Positions 61,629 through 64,000 of a stretch of DNA of 64,000 bases are shown in pieces (position 1 is the stretch's first letter; every line of letters begins with the position of its first letter). The DNA comes from an uncultured Acidobacteriota bacterium (GTDB taxonomy: Bacteria; Acidobacteriota; Thermoanaerobaculia; UBA5066; DATFVB01), in NCBI GenBank assembly GCA_963813155.1, contig CAWEYG010000003.1, positions 320,001-384,000 on the forward strand. Direction: 5' to 3'. The translations under genes were made by a program, and so were the position numbers. The notes beneath the pieces were generated by a model. The model made no database searches. It had not been told where the DNA came from and worked only from the letters and a program-made list of their open reading frames with translations.

Positions 61629-62747
61629 ATGGCGATCTTTCGCGACTGGGCCGACATGGCGAAGGAAACGGCGCGCTCGATCGGGCGAGACGACGTGCGC
61701 GAGCTCTTCTCGAGGGAATGGGCCGGCGCGCGGGAGATCCTCGTCGCGGAATATCGCGACCGCCTTCGAACGGAGCCCAGGCGGCTGCGCCGCTTTCTCC
61801 TCGAGGTCAACGCGATCGTCTACGGGCTCGTCCGGCGCCTCGCCCCGACGCGGCGGCTCGTGCTCGCGATCGCGCTCGTCTGCGTCGTCCTGAGCGGCAT
61901 GGGAGCGTGCCAGATCGGGAGGACCGAGAGCCGGCTCCACGTTTCGATCGACTTCGGCGGCATCCTCTCCGTGTCCGTCGTTCTCCTGCTGGGTCTGCTC
62001 GCGATGGAGCTCGTCGACAAGCTCGCGTTCCGGGACGAGCTCGTGCTGGCGCGCCAGCTCCAGGCCGACCTCCTGCCAAAGACGCCTCCCTCCGTGCCGG
62101 GGTTCGAGATCTCCGCGTTCAACCGGATCGCGAACATGGTGGGCGGCGATCTCTACGACTTCGTGATCCTGCCCGACGGGCGCCTTTCGCTTCTCTTCGG
62201 CGACGCGTCGGGGCACGGAATGGCGGCGGGGCTCGTGATGGCGGTCGCGCACGCGGGATTTCAGACGCAGCTCGAGGTCGATCCTTCCCCCTCGTCCATC
62301 TTCGGCGCGTTGAACCGCATCCTCTGCCGGACGGGCGGCCCGAGGTCGTTTTTCTCCTGCGCCTACGTCCTCCTGTCGCCCGACGGAACTTTCAGCGCCA
62401 CGTTCGCCGGGCACCCTCCCCTCCTGATCTTCGGCGCCAACGGCGAGCTTCGCGACTCGCTCGGCAAAGGCGCCTATCCGCTCGGCATCAAGGACGGACT
62501 GCGATGGGAAACTCTCGCGGGATCGATCGGCCCCGGCGAAACGCTCCTTCTCTACTCCGACGGGCTGCCGGAGGCGCGGGACGGCGAGCGGGAGTTCGGC
62601 GACGAGAGCGTGCGGCTCATCGTCCGGCAGTCGGCCGGGAAGCCAGTGTCGGAGCTGACGGCAAATCTCGCGCGGGAGCTGTCGGCGTTCTGCGGCCGGC
62701 GAGCGCCGGAAGACGACGTGTCGATCGTCGCGATCCGCAGGTCCTGA
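61629..62747 (+). CDS. Membrane-anchored SpoIIE/PP2C phosphatase
   Basis: Two TM segments, then VGGDLYD, GDASGHG, AGHPP, YSDGL.E and EDDVS motifs. Confidence 0.9.
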   Translation: MAIFRDWADMAKETARSIGRDDVRELFSREWAGAREILVAEYRDRLRTEPRRLRRFLLEVNAIVYGLVRRLAPTRRLVLAIALVCVVLSGMGACQIGRTESRLHVSIDFGGILSVSVVLLLGLLAMELVDKLAFRDELVLARQLQADLLPKTPPSVPGFEISAFNRIANMVGGDLYDFVILPDGRLSLLFGDASGHGMAAGLVMAVAHAGFQTQLEVDPSPSSIFGALNRILCRTGGPRSFFSCAYVLLSPDGTFSATFAGHPPLLIFGANGELRDSLGKGAYPLGIKDGLRWETLAGSIGPGETLLLYSDGLPEARDGEREFGDESVRLIVRQSAGKPVSELTANLARELSAFCGRRAPEDDVSIVAIRRS

Positions 62748-62768
62748 CCCGGCGCGCCGGGAATCCCT

Positions 62769-64000
62769 CTAGCGGGAAGAGCTCCCGATCGGCCGGCCGG
62801 GGGGAGCCTTCGGCCCCGGGAGGCGATTCTTCCGCGTCTCGGGCTTCTCGAAGAACTCGTCGAGGTCCCGCTTCGCGAGCGCCCGAAACTGCTCCTCGTC
62901 CCCGGGCGCGGAGGGGACTGCGGCCCTGCGCCGAAGGCGCGAGAGCTCGCCCCAGGCCGCCGCGCGGACTTCCGGAGAGGCCGAAGGGTTCGCGGCGAGA
63001 TCGAACGCGGAGTCGAGCACGGCTTTTTCCCCCACGCGGCGCAGCGCCGCGAGGCGCGAGGTTTTCGGCGCGGGCGAGCCCCAGGTCGAATCCTCGAGGC
63101 GCTTCAGGACCTCGTCGAGGCGCGGCGCGCCGGGCTCGCGGTCGAGCGTCAACCTCGCCGCGCGCGCCGGGTCGAGGAGCGGTTCGACGATGAGCCCGGC
63201 GAGCGTCCGGGCCGCCGTGAGGGGACTGAAGGTTTCTCCCGCCTCGGAGGGAGAACTGTTCGCGCGTCGGCCTCTCCCCCTGGGGAGGGGCGACGAGCGC
63301 GGCGACGATCGAATCGGGAATGTCGAGGTTTTCCGGAGAGAGCGCCGAGACGAGCAGATCCAGCGCTCTTCGCTGCTGCTTCGGAGAGACCCACGCGACG
63401 GGTTTCTGTCCGTCCCCGGCCAGCGCGTTCGTCTGAAACTGCCCGCCCACGAATTGCTGGGCGGCCTGGATCGCGAACCGGTGGTACAGATACGCGAGCG
63501 AGAACCGCTCTTCCAGATCGTGCACGGGCTCCCCGGGAGCGAGCTGACTCGCGCCGAACCGCGCGAGAATCGCCCCCCGAACTTCCTGGGTGGTCTTGAG
63601 CCACTCGACCGGGTCGCTGCCCCAGTCGTACTCGGCCCAGCGCGGGTCGCTCTCGAGCGGATAGACCTGCCCCTTCGAATAACCGTCGCGGACGATCTCG
63701 CCGAGCCGCGCCGGATCGTTCGAAGCCGTGTATCCCCACCGGATCATCAACCGGTCGTAAGAGCCGACGTCGGCGGGATAGGCGTCCGAGAGGTCGAACT
63801 TGCCGTTCTTGAGCTGGATGTTCGGCGCGAGGTAATCCATGACGGACCCCCACCCGAACGTCGTCGCGGCCCAGTTGTGCATCAGGCCGAGCGTGTGGCC
63901 GACCTCGTGCGCGGCGAGGTAGCGGAGTCTCTCGAGCACGAGGGATTGCTCATCGATTCCCGGATCCCCCGGGCCGCCCGCCGCGAGCCAGGAGTAGTCG
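62769..64000 (-). CDS. Zinc-dependent metalloprotease (EcxA/DUF4953 metzincin), 5'-partial, frameshifted near 63250
   Basis: HEVGHTLGLMHN and SVMDY Met-turn. The frame stays open to the window edge. Confidence 0.88.

Overview
A GC-rich, gene-dense chromosomal window, mostly housekeeping. The mix of GWxTD/VWA, DUF4388, PIG-L, DUF3467 and TIGR02300 proteins suggests Acidobacteriota, probably Thermoanaerobaculia (inference). It carries central metabolism (pckA, citrate synthase), a liv-type ABC transporter, a polyamine pair (pdaD, speB), tRNA modification genes (tgt, mnmA, iscS), the phoH-HDIG-ybeY-CNNM-era operon, serine and cell-wall genes, and Ser/Thr signalling genes. About a dozen single-base frameshifts in ordinary genes point to long-read indel errors. 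I saw no rRNA, tRNA, CRISPR array or transposase. The standout is a stand-alone gene at 34684-35289 (-): a ~55-aa leader-like N-terminus followed by 24 amino-acid-identical SGKPGL units encoded with varied codons and ending flush at the stop codon. It is a candidate orphan multi-core RiPP precursor or a minimal collagen-like (Gly-X-Y) protein, with its own RBS, palindromic upstream motif and terminator. Also notable: a ~280-bp MITE at the pdaD stop codon, an unknown helical protein paired with an atypical MinD-like ATPase, an apparent NamZ-MobB fusion, a triple-GWxTD + VWA protein, an unusual Fe-S fusion protein, two small ORFs missed by the ORF track, and many apparently leaderless genes. Family assignments come from motif recognition by eye, not database searches.
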